NCBI GenBank assembly: GCA_036388555.1
Contig: DASVRP010000008.1
Coordinates: 91,609-155,608, forward strand
Length of the DNA: 64,000 nt
DNA from: Candidatus Saccharimonadales bacterium
GTDB lineage: Bacteria > Patescibacteriota > Saccharimonadia > Saccharimonadales > UBA4665
Direction of reading: 5' to 3'
Under the pieces are notes generated by a model that was not told where the DNA came from, searched no databases, and saw only the letters and a list, made by a program, of their open reading frames with translations. The position numbers were made by a program, and so were the translations under genes. Positions 1 to 9,174 of this stretch are shown piece after piece (within the stretch, counting starts at the first letter, position 1; each line of letters starts with the position of its first letter).

Positions 1-1399
1 AATCGGTGATGCGCAGCTTCGCCAGGCCGAGCATCGTCTTGAGGGCGCCGCGCTTTTTGCTGACTTTGTGGTGGTCTTTGACCCGGGTGCGTTCGAAGAT
101 GCCCGGCAGGGTTTCGGCCTTGTACTTAGCACGGAGCTGGTCGTACCACCGCTTGTCGTAGATCTTCCAGAATTCTGACTCACTGTAGTAGTTGTGGGCG
201 TAGAACCATTTCTTGCCGCCGAGCTCGCTGGTTTTGGCTTCTATCCGGCGGTTGGCTTCGACGAATTTCTCATACGGCTCCACCCGCAGTCCGTACACCC
301 CGATGTTGAACACGACGTCCGAGGCGATGCCATTGCACTGCAGCGGGGAGCGCACTTCCGGCTTGATGGGGCAGCCGCCGATCGGGTACATGCCGAACTC
401 CTCATCCACAAATTCCAGGAATGGGATGACGGTCTCCTCTGGTAAGACGAGATCCTGGCATATATACACCTGGCTGGCGGCACTTTCCTGCAGTGCCTGA
501 TATAGTTTGCGGGTGCGTAGCATCGGGTCGAGGACCAGCCTTGTGAAGGCGTTGAACGGGATACCTGACTGCTTGAAGGCGAGCTCGGCCGCCCAGAATG
601 CGCCGCGGTTGTACCTGAACAGATAATCTTTGATCGGGACGGAATCCGTCACGGACTGTCCGGCGTCGGCGACCTGTTTCAAGTAGAGGTAGTACCACTG
701 GTCATGGGGGCGGCTGAAGCGGCGGACCTTGCCCTGGACTCCGTCCGACATCGTACCGGTAACGATTGTGCCGTGGTCTTTGCGGAACATGATCCACTCC
801 ACGAAGTCGCAGCCTTCGCGGGCGTACTTTTTCATCAGCTCGGCACCCTCCGCAAAGCTGCCGACCTGGTAGTGTGTGACCTGGACATACTTCGGCGCCC
901 GGATGAGGTTGATCTCGGCCGCAGTAATGAGCCCGAGCGAACCGCAGGCGCCGGCGGCACCGTAATACAGATCCGGATTCTCGATAGCCGAAACTTTCAT
1001 GAGCCTGCCGTCACCGAGGATGTATTCCATCCAGTTGGCTGTCTGGCTGACGCAGCCGTATTTGTGTGATGACGTTTCGGCGCCGGCGCCCTGGATGGCT
1101 CCGCCGACCGTGATGCCGGGGAACTCCGGCACGACGGTCGGTATCAGGCCGTGTCGCAGCGTCGCATTGACCAGTTTGTCCATCGGCACGTTCGGTTCGA
1201 CGACCGCGACCTGCCGCCCGGTGTCGACTGTAAGCACGCGGTCCAGTCCGCTTGTGTCGACCATCTCGCTCCGTTTGAATGTCAGGATGCGGGTTGAATT
1301 CGTCGAGCCATGGTAGACCCGGAAGGGAACTTTGCGGGCATAGTAGTCGCGGATCTGTACTTGCAGCTTCTCTATTGCGGTTCTGTGTTGCTGGTCCAT
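1..1399 (-). CDS. FAD-binding (PCMH-type) oxidoreductase, DHCR24/DIMINUTO-like; 3' end runs off the window
   Basis: Unclosed minus-strand frame from ATG at 1399 to the window edge, so it is absent from the ORF track. My translation is MDQQHRTAIEKLQVQIRDYYARKVPFRVYHGSTNST...PGITVGGAIQGAGAETSSHKYG...YYGAAGACGSLGLITAAEINL...SKKRGALKTMLGLAKLRITD, with glycine-rich FAD-binding-type motifs. Confidence 0.65.
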   Translation of the reverse strand, partial: MDQQHRTAIEKLQVQIRDYYARKVPFRVYHGSTNSTRILTFKRSEMVDTSGLDRVLTVDTGRQVAVVEPNVPMDKLVNATLRHGLIPTVVPEFPGITVGGAIQGAGAETSSHKYGCVSQTANWMEYILGDGRLMKVSAIENPDLYYGAAGACGSLGLITAAEINLIRAPKYVQVTHYQVGSFAEGAELMKKYAREGCDFVEWIMFRKDHGTIVTGTMSDGVQGKVRRFSRPHDQWYYLYLKQVADAGQSVTDSVPIKDYLFRYNRGAFWAAELAFKQSGIPFNAFTRLVLDPMLRTRKLYQALQESAASQVYICQDLVLPEETVIPFLEFVDEEFGMYPIGGCPIKPEVRSPLQCNGIASDVVFNIGVYGLRVEPYEKFVEANRRIEAKTSELGGKKWFYAHNYYSESEFWKIYDKRWYDQLRAKYKAETLPGIFERTRVKDHHKVSKKRGALKTMLGLAKLRITD

Positions 1400-1511
1400 C
1401 GTAATCTCATGATATCAAAAACGGGGGTGATGTGTGCTTGTTACCTATGCAGACGGCACGTACTTGATATAAATATCTTATTGCATACGTGCCGCTTATG
1501 GCTTATTCTGT

Positions 1512-2021
1512 ATGGTAATCATGACATGGGTAAACGAATCATTTATGAGATTGGCACTTGCGAAAGCTGATTCAGCCCGCCAGCACGGCGACATGCCATT
1601 CGGGGCTGTCATCACAAGCCGCGGCAAACTGGTCGTCGCCGTCGAGAACGGAGAGGGCCAGGACATCGACATCACGGCCCATGCCGAGCTGCTGGCCATC
1701 CGGCAGGCCTGCAAACTCCTCGGCCGCCGCGACCTGAGCGACTGTGAGATGTATGCTTCGGTAGAACCGTGCCCTATGTGTTCGTCGGCCATATTCCAGT
1801 CGAATATCCCGCGTATCGCCTATTCATTGTCCCGAGACGACCTGCCACATATCTTCCGGCTCCGTAAGATCCGCATCGCCCAGCTGGCTGATGATTGGGA
1901 TTATACGCCAGAAGTCGTCGGCGGCATACTGACCAGCGAAGCACTGACAGCCTTTGAAGGCTTAGAACAATCGCACCGCGTCGTACCGCAGTTCCATTCG
2001 CTGCAGCATCAGACTGCATAA
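1512..2021 (+). CDS. CMP/dCMP-type zinc deaminase (TadA / guanine deaminase-like nucleoside deaminase)
   Basis: 169-aa ORF with the HAE motif (TAHAELLAI) and PCxxC motif (VEPCPMCSSAI) typical of cytidine/deoxycytidylate deaminase-fold enzymes. The start may be the internal M at 1521. Confidence 0.8.
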   Translation: MVIMTWVNESFMRLALAKADSARQHGDMPFGAVITSRGKLVVAVENGEGQDIDITAHAELLAIRQACKLLGRRDLSDCEMYASVEPCPMCSSAIFQSNIPRIAYSLSRDDLPHIFRLRKIRIAQLADDWDYTPEVVGGILTSEALTAFEGLEQSHRVVPQFHSLQHQTA

Positions 2022-2026
2022 AAAAA

Positions 2027-2048
2027 GAGGCACCGTACGTGCCTCTTT
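2027..2048 (+). terminator. Candidate intrinsic terminator after the deaminase gene
   Basis: GAGGCAC-cgtac-GTGCCTC hairpin directly after the stop codon, followed by TTT. It is preceded by an A6 run, so it could act in both directions. Confidence 0.5.
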
Positions 2049-2231
2049 GTACCTGGGAAGCCTTGCACCCACAGATGTAGCCTACTAACTAACAAACTAT
2101 CTAGAACTATCAAACTTACTAACTCGAACGGCTACATATACTTAACGTGCTGTTTCACTTGGGCTTCCTGAAATAATGTATCAAACCGTAATTTGCCCGT
2201 CAATAACTGATTAGTGTAAAAGTTGCATCGG

Positions 2232-2750
2232 TCACTGGAATTTATTACCACGGATGATCCTAAGGAGCACATATATCATCCATACCGTGACCGCTCCCAA
2301 AGTATTCATCAGTAGGTCCCAAGAAGTATCTGTCAGGTGTAAGTTGGTAAGTCCTATGTGTACGATCAGTAGTTCGAACAGCTCATTGGCTACACCTAAC
2401 AGACTCACCAGAGCCAGGAGACTTACCAGCTCGATGACCCACAAGTAATTCCACTTGAAATAGTGTTTGATATAGATCCAGATCAAGCCGGTAAATACAC
2501 CGCCACCTATGAAGTGGGTGGTCGCAGCAGTCTGCTGGCCTTGGATCTCGGGCGATGGCAAGTACCAGGATATGAAAAACAGTAGGCAAGCCGCCAATAG
2601 GATATACGTATTATGGCGTCCAGCCTTTTTGACAGATTCCAGGCAACGGGGCAGACCTAGTAACACAACAACCGGAACGAGTATAGAAACTAAGAGGAAA
2701 ATCATACTTAGTGCAACTATACCAAAAAACCAGTCGTCGGAAGTATCCAA
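2232..2750 (-). CDS. Hypothetical multi-pass membrane protein
   Basis: 172-aa ORF with about 5 hydrophobic segments in an AT-rich context. The annotated start is TTG, so the true start is uncertain. Confidence 0.45.
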   Translation of the reverse strand: MDTSDDWFFGIVALSMIFLLVSILVPVVVLLGLPRCLESVKKAGRHNTYILLAACLLFFISWYLPSPEIQGQQTAATTHFIGGGVFTGLIWIYIKHYFKWNYLWVIELVSLLALVSLLGVANELFELLIVHIGLTNLHLTDTSWDLLMNTLGAVTVWMIYVLLRIIRGNKFQ

Positions 2751-2834
2751 TTACCTTGACCGGAGGACAATCGTAGACGTTATTGCAACATAATTGTAGT
2801 TCCGCAAACGCTTTGGACCCGTATAATTGATAGG

Positions 2835-4640
2835 ATGATGAATACACCACGCCCAGAACACCCGAGACCGCTCTTAGAACGGAAGGATTGGTTAAATTTA
2901 AACGGCGAGTGGCAATTTGCATTTGACGATGACGACAAGGGTATAGAAAAGCAGTACCCAGTCGCAAAGTCACTGGACAAGACTATCGTCGTTCCATTCG
3001 CATATCAGACTGCGGCATCGACAGTCAACGACAAAGCGATCCATGAAATTGTCTGGTATTGCCGTGAATTTACGGTGCCGGCGGGATGGTCGGACAGGAA
3101 TGTGCTGCTGCATTTCGGAGCGGTAGATTACCTGAGTACCGTCTGGGTAAATGGCAATGAGCTTGGCAAGAACGTCGGCGGGCAAGTGCCGTTCTCATTC
3201 GATATAACCCCTTTCCTGCAGGCAGGTGATAACCGGATTACGGTACGGGTGGAAGACAGGCAGGACCCAGAGCAGCCACGCGGCAAACAGTCTTTGTCCG
3301 GGATCCCGCACGATATCGATTATTATTGTACGACCGGGATCTGGCAGACAGTCTGGCTGGAATCAGTGCCGACGATGCGGATTGACGATGTCCGTATCTT
3401 TCCGAGCGCCAAAGAGCAGAAATTCTACATTACTGCCATCCTGCATGCTCCATCAACCAACTGGAAAGTAGAGGTTGACCTTCTGGACGACGGAGAGCTT
3501 GTCCATACTATAACCGTCGAGGACTACAAGTCGGTGATTGATATTGAAGTCCCCGTGCCCTACGCGACACTATGGAGCCCCGACAATCCCAAGCTGTACA
3601 CATTCAAGCTGCGTCTGTATCAGGGAGATAAGCTCCATGACGAAGTTTCCAGCTACGGCGGGCTCCGCGATTTCAGTATCCACAAAGACACATTAGTACT
3701 CAACGGAAAACCTGTCTATCTGGCGATGGTGCTTGACCAGGGTTATTGGCCGGAAAGCGGCATGACTGCCGGTACCGATGAAGAACTGAAGGCAGACGTC
3801 GAATGGATCAAGCAGTACGGATATAACGGCGTGCGCAAACATCAGAAGGTAGAGGATCCGCGCTGGCTCTATTGGTGTGATAAGCTCGGGCTTCTTGTGT
3901 GGGGTGAAATGGCGAACGCCCGTGACTGGTCGCACAGCGCCGAAGAGCGCTTACTCAACGAATGGACGCGGGTTATCAGGCGTGACCTGAGCCACCCGTG
4001 CATCGTCGCCTGGGTGCCGCTCAATGAAAGCTGGGGCGTACCGGACCTCAAGGATCAGCATCAGCTGCAGTACGCCTATGTAGAACGGACGGTCACCATT
4101 ACGCGCCAGATAGACCCGTCCCGCCCGGTGATTGATAATGATGGCTGGGAGCATACCGACATCGGCGACATCTGCGCGATCCACGACTATACTCCGACGG
4201 CGGAAAGCCTGCGCGAGCGCTACAAAGATACATTGCTACGTGGTGTCTTGCCGGAGAAGGTCTGGGCCAATAACCTGTCGCTGTTCGCTAATAAATCACA
4301 ATACCACGGCCAGCCCGTCGTCCTCAGTGAAGTCGGCGGTTTCCTGATGATCCCGGAAAACCACGGCGGCGAACTTGATATGTTGTACAGCGCATACGGA
4401 AATTCCAAAAGCAACGACGAGATGCTGGGCCAGTACGCCGACCTCAGTGAAGGGCTCATCGACCTGACTTTCATATCGGGTTTCTGCTACACCCAGCTGA
4501 CCGACATCGAGCAGGAAGCTAACGGGCTTTTGACATACGACCGAAAACCAAAGGTCCCGGTCGACAAGATAGCTGCCTATAATAAGAGCATCATCGATGC
4601 GTTCAATGCCCGTAACAAGGGGCAGCTGATCCGCGGCTAA
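2835..4640 (+). CDS. Glycoside hydrolase family 2 (beta-galactosidase/beta-glucuronidase-like)
   Basis: 601-aa ORF. The N-terminus has a GH2 sugar-binding pattern (RPEHPRP..LNGEWQF, WYCREF, LHFGAVDY.STVWVNG). The TIM-barrel part carries WVPLNESWG (NE acid/base motif). Confidence 0.8.
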   Translation: MMNTPRPEHPRPLLERKDWLNLNGEWQFAFDDDDKGIEKQYPVAKSLDKTIVVPFAYQTAASTVNDKAIHEIVWYCREFTVPAGWSDRNVLLHFGAVDYLSTVWVNGNELGKNVGGQVPFSFDITPFLQAGDNRITVRVEDRQDPEQPRGKQSLSGIPHDIDYYCTTGIWQTVWLESVPTMRIDDVRIFPSAKEQKFYITAILHAPSTNWKVEVDLLDDGELVHTITVEDYKSVIDIEVPVPYATLWSPDNPKLYTFKLRLYQGDKLHDEVSSYGGLRDFSIHKDTLVLNGKPVYLAMVLDQGYWPESGMTAGTDEELKADVEWIKQYGYNGVRKHQKVEDPRWLYWCDKLGLLVWGEMANARDWSHSAEERLLNEWTRVIRRDLSHPCIVAWVPLNESWGVPDLKDQHQLQYAYVERTVTITRQIDPSRPVIDNDGWEHTDIGDICAIHDYTPTAESLRERYKDTLLRGVLPEKVWANNLSLFANKSQYHGQPVVLSEVGGFLMIPENHGGELDMLYSAYGNSKSNDEMLGQYADLSEGLIDLTFISGFCYTQLTDIEQEANGLLTYDRKPKVPVDKIAAYNKSIIDAFNARNKGQLIRG

Positions 4641-4662
4641 GCGATAAGGGGGAGCAGCAGAC

Positions 4663-5688
4663 ATGGCACAACGTTTTGCGGCTGATATTTCAGACAACTC
4701 AGAACTCGGAACCCAGACCATCAGACTCAGGTATGATGCTGAATCACCGGCTGAATCCGTCTATGCTGAAATCGCACCGTTCTATGGCAGTAACCTATGC
4801 AAGTATCAGGTTGGTGGATATGATCTGATCGTATGCGACGCCGCTCTATTGAAAGACCGTGATTGGACCGGTACGTTCGTGCTATGGCCTATCCCAAATC
4901 GTGTACGGGACAAGCAATACGAATTCGCAGGCCACATCCAGTCATTGAAAAAGGTAAAACGAAAGCGTGGAAACGAACCTTTGATCCATGGCTTCGTGGA
5001 TGATATACCATGGCAGTTCAGCGAACCGGAGGTTGATGCGCAGAGCGCCCGGGTGCGGACATGGGTCGAAGTCAAGCGGGGAGATGCGATTTATGAGTAT
5101 TATCCGTATGAAAGCAGATTAGAGCTTACGTATACGCTTACAGCATCGGGTATCAAAGTTGCGTATGAAGTCCAGAACTTGGGCGATAAGACCCTGCCAT
5201 TCGGGTTTGCCCTCCATCCATACTTCGCAGCGCATTCCGGACATGACGAAACACTCGTCGTCCTGCCGGCAGAGCATATCATGGAAGCAGACGAAGACCT
5301 GCTGCCTTCGGGCACATTGCTACCTATGGGCGTACATGATTATGATCTACGCAACCCAACTCCCGTATCCAGCCTGGAGCTTGACCATGTATTTACGGGA
5401 TTACACAAGGATGCTGATGCGGCCATCATATATCCCGACCGGCATCTGAAGTTGAAGCTGGCTTGCAGTTCTGAATTTACACACATGGTGCTCTATACGC
5501 TGGAGTCTGACAAGGGTTTTATCTGTTTTGAGAATCAGACAGGGTCAACTGACATGATAAATCTCCATACGAAATCGCAAAAAGAGTCCGATGAAGATCT
5601 GGCAAAAGCCGCACACCTCATGACTTTGCCAGCCGGCGAGAGCCATAGCGGCTACATCGAATACAGGATCGAAGCACTTCATCAGTAG
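4663..5688 (+). CDS. Aldose 1-epimerase (galactose mutarotase-like) family protein
   Basis: 341-aa ORF with FGFALHPYF and LDHVFTG motifs typical of the aldose-epimerase fold. It lies 22 nt downstream of the GH2 gene and has an AAGGGGGAG Shine-Dalgarno sequence. Confidence 0.7.
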   Translation: MAQRFAADISDNSELGTQTIRLRYDAESPAESVYAEIAPFYGSNLCKYQVGGYDLIVCDAALLKDRDWTGTFVLWPIPNRVRDKQYEFAGHIQSLKKVKRKRGNEPLIHGFVDDIPWQFSEPEVDAQSARVRTWVEVKRGDAIYEYYPYESRLELTYTLTASGIKVAYEVQNLGDKTLPFGFALHPYFAAHSGHDETLVVLPAEHIMEADEDLLPSGTLLPMGVHDYDLRNPTPVSSLELDHVFTGLHKDADAAIIYPDRHLKLKLACSSEFTHMVLYTLESDKGFICFENQTGSTDMINLHTKSQKESDEDLAKAAHLMTLPAGESHSGYIEYRIEALHQ

Positions 5689-5888
5689 TGAAAACGGCAG
5701 GCGATAACCGTCACTTTGGAATCGGTTGCAGCATATACTAACCTGTTTTTCTCATCAATACGCCGGGACCAAAATCCTGTATAGTTTTCTCGTAAAGGTT
5801 CGGGTTTGCCAATCCCGTCAAAAGGACTCCTCAATGTACCGGTTGTCAGTTTATTGAGCTTCTTAAGCGTTTTCTGATCCTGGCCGAT
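5683..5888 (-). pseudogene. 5'-truncated YoeB/Txe-family toxin remnant with no start codon and no antitoxin
   Basis: This frame is not in the ORF track. The minus-strand translation is IGQDQKTLKKLNKLTTGTLRSPFDGIGKPEPLRENYTGFWSRRIDEKNRLVYAATDSKVTVIACRFHY*. It matches the C-terminal ~68 aa of YoeB (..PFEGKGKPEPLK..LSGFWSRRI..EHRLVY..ACRYHY). The frame is closed upstream by TGA at 5889-5891. Confidence 0.7.
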
Positions 5889-5919
5889 TCAGTTAGGATA
5901 GGAAGTAAGGGAGAATCAC

Positions 5920-6426
5920 ATGGCTGAAACACTACAATACAAGCAGCCACACATGCTTCGGCATGATTTCGAAATACTGCGAGAGGAAAAACCAGTCGGG
6001 GCAGTTTCATACGAGGGAATCTCTCATCGACTAGCTCATGCGCATTTTGACGGCACGGCTATCCAGATCAAGCAGGACGGTTTGTTACGTACAGAAGTTA
6101 CGGTAACTGCGGCCGATTCGGGAGAAACCATGGGCGTATATCGTGAGCCAATGCTGGGCCGGACTGGCAAGCTTGCAATAGGCGATACCGAATATACTTT
6201 TGGCAGGGTAGGCAAAAAAATTGCTCTAAAATCCAGTTATGCCTGGAAGAATACTGATGGGAACGAACTCATCACATACCACGTAAAGGGCATTGTCCGG
6301 AATGTCGGAGAAATTGCAGTTTCCGATGCTGCTTTGGCACTGCCGGATAGCAGTCTTTTGATATTGCTGGGACTGTTTAATTGCCTCCATCGAGAGGAGG
6401 GTGATGCTTCCGCGGCCGGTGCCTGA
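5920..6426 (+). CDS. Hypothetical protein
   Basis: 168-aa ORF preceded by an AAGGGAGA Shine-Dalgarno sequence. I recognise no family. Confidence 0.5.
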   Translation: MAETLQYKQPHMLRHDFEILREEKPVGAVSYEGISHRLAHAHFDGTAIQIKQDGLLRTEVTVTAADSGETMGVYREPMLGRTGKLAIGDTEYTFGRVGKKIALKSSYAWKNTDGNELITYHVKGIVRNVGEIAVSDAALALPDSSLLILLGLFNCLHREEGDASAAGA

Positions 6427-6458
6427 TCGACCGTTAGCTCATTGAATTATTTTTGGAA

Positions 6459-7106
6459 CTAATGTCCGCTCAAATAAGTCTGCACCTCTTCAACATATTG
6501 AGGAAAGGGCTGAGCCGAAGCATCGAAGAAAGGAAAACCATACTTTTCGGCTAACTGTGCCGTTTTCTGGCTTTCTTGAGCAGTTTCCGAGACCCAGGTG
6601 CGTAGTTTGGTATCATCCCCATTGTGGATAGATAGCCATTCGTTAACCCAGTCGTGCTTATTGTTTCGAGCATGTTCCAGTATGCCTTCCACATAATTAG
6701 GATCGGTATACCCGACAAAAGCAGCAACTATAGAAAATTCGGAAAGATGCAGTGATTGTACCCATTCAGGGGTGATGTGTAAGCCCTCTGCGGCTACGTC
6801 TGATCCTGCCCGATTATAATGGTCAAGCATACCTGTGACTGCTTTACGAGCCATATCGACCTCATTCATCTCTGCCGAGAAGTCTTGTCGTACTACGTCA
6901 CCGGTCCCTCTCTTTTTGAATTCAGTCCAGCCTTCAAAATGAATAGAACGTAAGATTTGAAAAGGATCATCTACGAAAAGATGCCTCACTCCCTCTTGAA
7001 CTGCATCCATCGAGATGTGGTGCATTGGCCGCTGCTGCAAGAACCCATTCATAATGATAGATTTGCCGGCACGCGGAGGCCCACCAAGGAGATATAATTT
7101 ATTCAT
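6459..7106 (-). CDS. P-loop NTPase/kinase-like protein
   Basis: 215-aa ORF with a Walker A motif (GGPPRAGKS) at the N-terminus. TGCTATAGT lies 6 nt upstream of the ATG. Confidence 0.6.
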   Translation of the reverse strand: MNKLYLLGGPPRAGKSIIMNGFLQQRPMHHISMDAVQEGVRHLFVDDPFQILRSIHFEGWTEFKKRGTGDVVRQDFSAEMNEVDMARKAVTGMLDHYNRAGSDVAAEGLHITPEWVQSLHLSEFSIVAAFVGYTDPNYVEGILEHARNNKHDWVNEWLSIHNGDDTKLRTWVSETAQESQKTAQLAEKYGFPFFDASAQPFPQYVEEVQTYLSGH

Positions 7107-7120
7107 GAGTCTACTATAGC

Positions 7121-7148
7121 AAATAAAAACTCCCCAATATGGGGGAGT
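7121..7148 (-). terminator. Intrinsic terminator downstream of the 7199-7774 gene
   Basis: Minus strand reads ACTCCCC-CATATT-GGGGAGT followed by TTTTTATTT. Confidence 0.6.
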
Positions 7149-7198
7149 CTAAACATAGCCGAATTGGAGAGCCATCGTAAACGCAAATGGAACTAAAA

Positions 7199-7774
7199 TC
7201 ACACAGACGAGTGTGTTGTATGGTCGAAAACGAAATCTGCCTGTTTCTCCGGATGGTATTTATCCTGGTAGCGTAAGTCATTTTCCGCCCAAATATCCCA
7301 GTGCTGGGCATTCTCGTTGCTGCCATCTCGGGCATGGCCGCGTTGCTTGGCTATATCCATCGGCGTATCAATCCAGATTTTATAATCATAGTAATGAGCA
7401 ATGTCGGGGTGGAAGCAGGAAATGCCTTCGATTATTAAGTAGTCGACCGGTGGAACTATTTTGGGTTCGCTCAATGTGTTCGATTTCCAGACTAATTCTT
7501 GGTAGCGTATCTCCTCGCCGCTTTTGGCAGCTTTGAGAACTTGTTCCTCAAGCCGGCCACGGTCGAATCCTCCTTTGTCCCATGATGGCTCGATAATTTT
7601 TTCTTTGACGATAAATTCATCGATGCTGACAACATATGAATTGCCCAATATATCTTTGAGCTTATGAGCAAACGTAGTCTTGCCCGAGCCTCCGAAGCCT
7701 TCAATGCCGATTAGAATAGGTTGAGAACCCGCAGCCTTCGATATAATTACTGCGGCAATTTCCTCTAGCGTCAT
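7199..7774 (-). CDS. Uridine-kinase-like P-loop kinase
   Basis: 191-aa ORF with Walker A (GIEGFGGSGKTTFA), as in uridine/panthothenate-type kinases. Its start overlaps the stop of the upstream gene by 4 nt (ATGA). Confidence 0.55.
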   Translation of the reverse strand: MTLEEIAAVIISKAAGSQPILIGIEGFGGSGKTTFAHKLKDILGNSYVVSIDEFIVKEKIIEPSWDKGGFDRGRLEEQVLKAAKSGEEIRYQELVWKSNTLSEPKIVPPVDYLIIEGISCFHPDIAHYYDYKIWIDTPMDIAKQRGHARDGSNENAQHWDIWAENDLRYQDKYHPEKQADFVFDHTTHSSV

Positions 7775-9060
7775 CTTAATAACTCATTTCGGTTTTCATC
7801 AATCCAGGAGCTGTCTCGAATGCTTTCTTCGATATCACCACGTTTTACGAACGAAACCCAAGGTTCTTTTTCTTCATCGGAATAACGCTGCATAATTTCG
7901 CGATCTTCGGCGAGCTGTCTTAAAAGGGCATTGATAACTTCTTCGTCTGAAAACATACCATATGCAGCGACTAACGACTGCAATCGCTCTGCAAAATCCG
8001 GCTGTGTATCAAAACCTGCATCTTTCCAGCCAGCTTCACCCCTGAGTGGAATGAAGTAGTATGCCATCTGCGCTACGTCATCAATCCTTTCGCCAGGTTG
8101 CGCGAAATCCCAATCAATCAGTGCTGTAAGTTCACCATTCTGCCAAATAGTATTCCATGGGCCAAGGTCCCCATGCCTTACTATCTGGCCAGGTTTTATA
8201 TCGCTGAAGCCTATACGCCATTCGTTATCCGGCTGAGGCTTGAATCCTTCAACAACATCATGGTACCTTCTCAGTACCCGAGCCGCCTGCGCAATTCCAT
8301 CGCCCACGAGCATAACTGCTGGCCAAGGCCTGACGGCAGCATCGCCAGGTATGAAATGTAGTATTTCGCGGTTCTCATCATCTATACCTTCAACGACAGG
8401 ACAATTGTCAAAAGCATTATCATGCAAATAGGCAAGCAGCGAATGTACTGTCGGTGTCCAAGGTCCAGTCTGGCGCCTCACAGTATTACCTAATTTTACG
8501 GGCGAGCTAACGGAGCCGAATAGCAATTTTAGTTCTTCTGATTTATCGAGAATTCGACTTACTGTTTTATCAAGGTCCGATACAGATGTGTCTATAATGG
8601 TAGCGCCACGGCCTTGATATATCGGAACATGCTTATTTTGCCATTCCAGGACAATTTTGAGTTCTTCGGGTGTCCTGCCGAAACCATTGTCCTTACGTTC
8701 CAGTATCCTCTGTCTTAAAATCGCTTCATCTGCGACGAGTACAATAACATTATCAAAGTATTGCCAGGCTTCATCAATGCCATCACCTACACCACAGAGA
8801 AAAATAGCAGTACCATTGGACACCGTGTGTTCTTTTAGTTTCTTGATCTCATCCGGATTAATTTTCCATTCATGCTCCTTATACCATTCGTGAACATCGA
8901 ATATTTCTGGCGGTACGACGATCTCACCGGTTATTCGGTGTATCCAGTGTGACAAGCCATGTTCATCGGTTCCATATACGGTCTGTCCAAATTTCTCAAG
9001 TTGTTGAAGGACGGTTGACTTACCGCTTCCTGGCGCTCCTGTTATGAATATCAATGGCAT
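7771..9060 (-). CDS. Fusion protein: N-terminal P-loop kinase domain plus C-terminal aminoglycoside/choline-kinase-type (APH) phosphotransferase domain
   Basis: 429-aa ORF. Walker A is ITGAPGSGKST at the N-terminus. The APH catalytic loop and metal-binding motifs are VRHGDLGPWNTIW and LIDWDFA. The N-terminal domain is paralogous to the 10044-10568 product. Confidence 0.7.
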   Translation of the reverse strand: MPLIFITGAPGSGKSTVLQQLEKFGQTVYGTDEHGLSHWIHRITGEIVVPPEIFDVHEWYKEHEWKINPDEIKKLKEHTVSNGTAIFLCGVGDGIDEAWQYFDNVIVLVADEAILRQRILERKDNGFGRTPEELKIVLEWQNKHVPIYQGRGATIIDTSVSDLDKTVSRILDKSEELKLLFGSVSSPVKLGNTVRRQTGPWTPTVHSLLAYLHDNAFDNCPVVEGIDDENREILHFIPGDAAVRPWPAVMLVGDGIAQAARVLRRYHDVVEGFKPQPDNEWRIGFSDIKPGQIVRHGDLGPWNTIWQNGELTALIDWDFAQPGERIDDVAQMAYYFIPLRGEAGWKDAGFDTQPDFAERLQSLVAAYGMFSDEEVINALLRQLAEDREIMQRYSDEEKEPWVSFVKRGDIEESIRDSSWIDENRNELLR

Positions 9061-9071
9061 GCAGCTATCTT

Positions 9072-9103
9072 AACAAAGAAAAACTCCTCGAAACAGAGGA
9101 GTT
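9072..9103 (-). terminator. Intrinsic terminator downstream of the 9175-9969 gene
   Basis: Minus strand reads AACTCCTC-TGTTTC-GAGGAGTT followed by TTTCTTTGTT. Confidence 0.6.
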
Positions 9104-9174
9104 CAATTGTATCCGACATGAGGCACCATAATAGGCATAAACGCAAGAATGCCTGGTATGTAGATTTTTAGATG

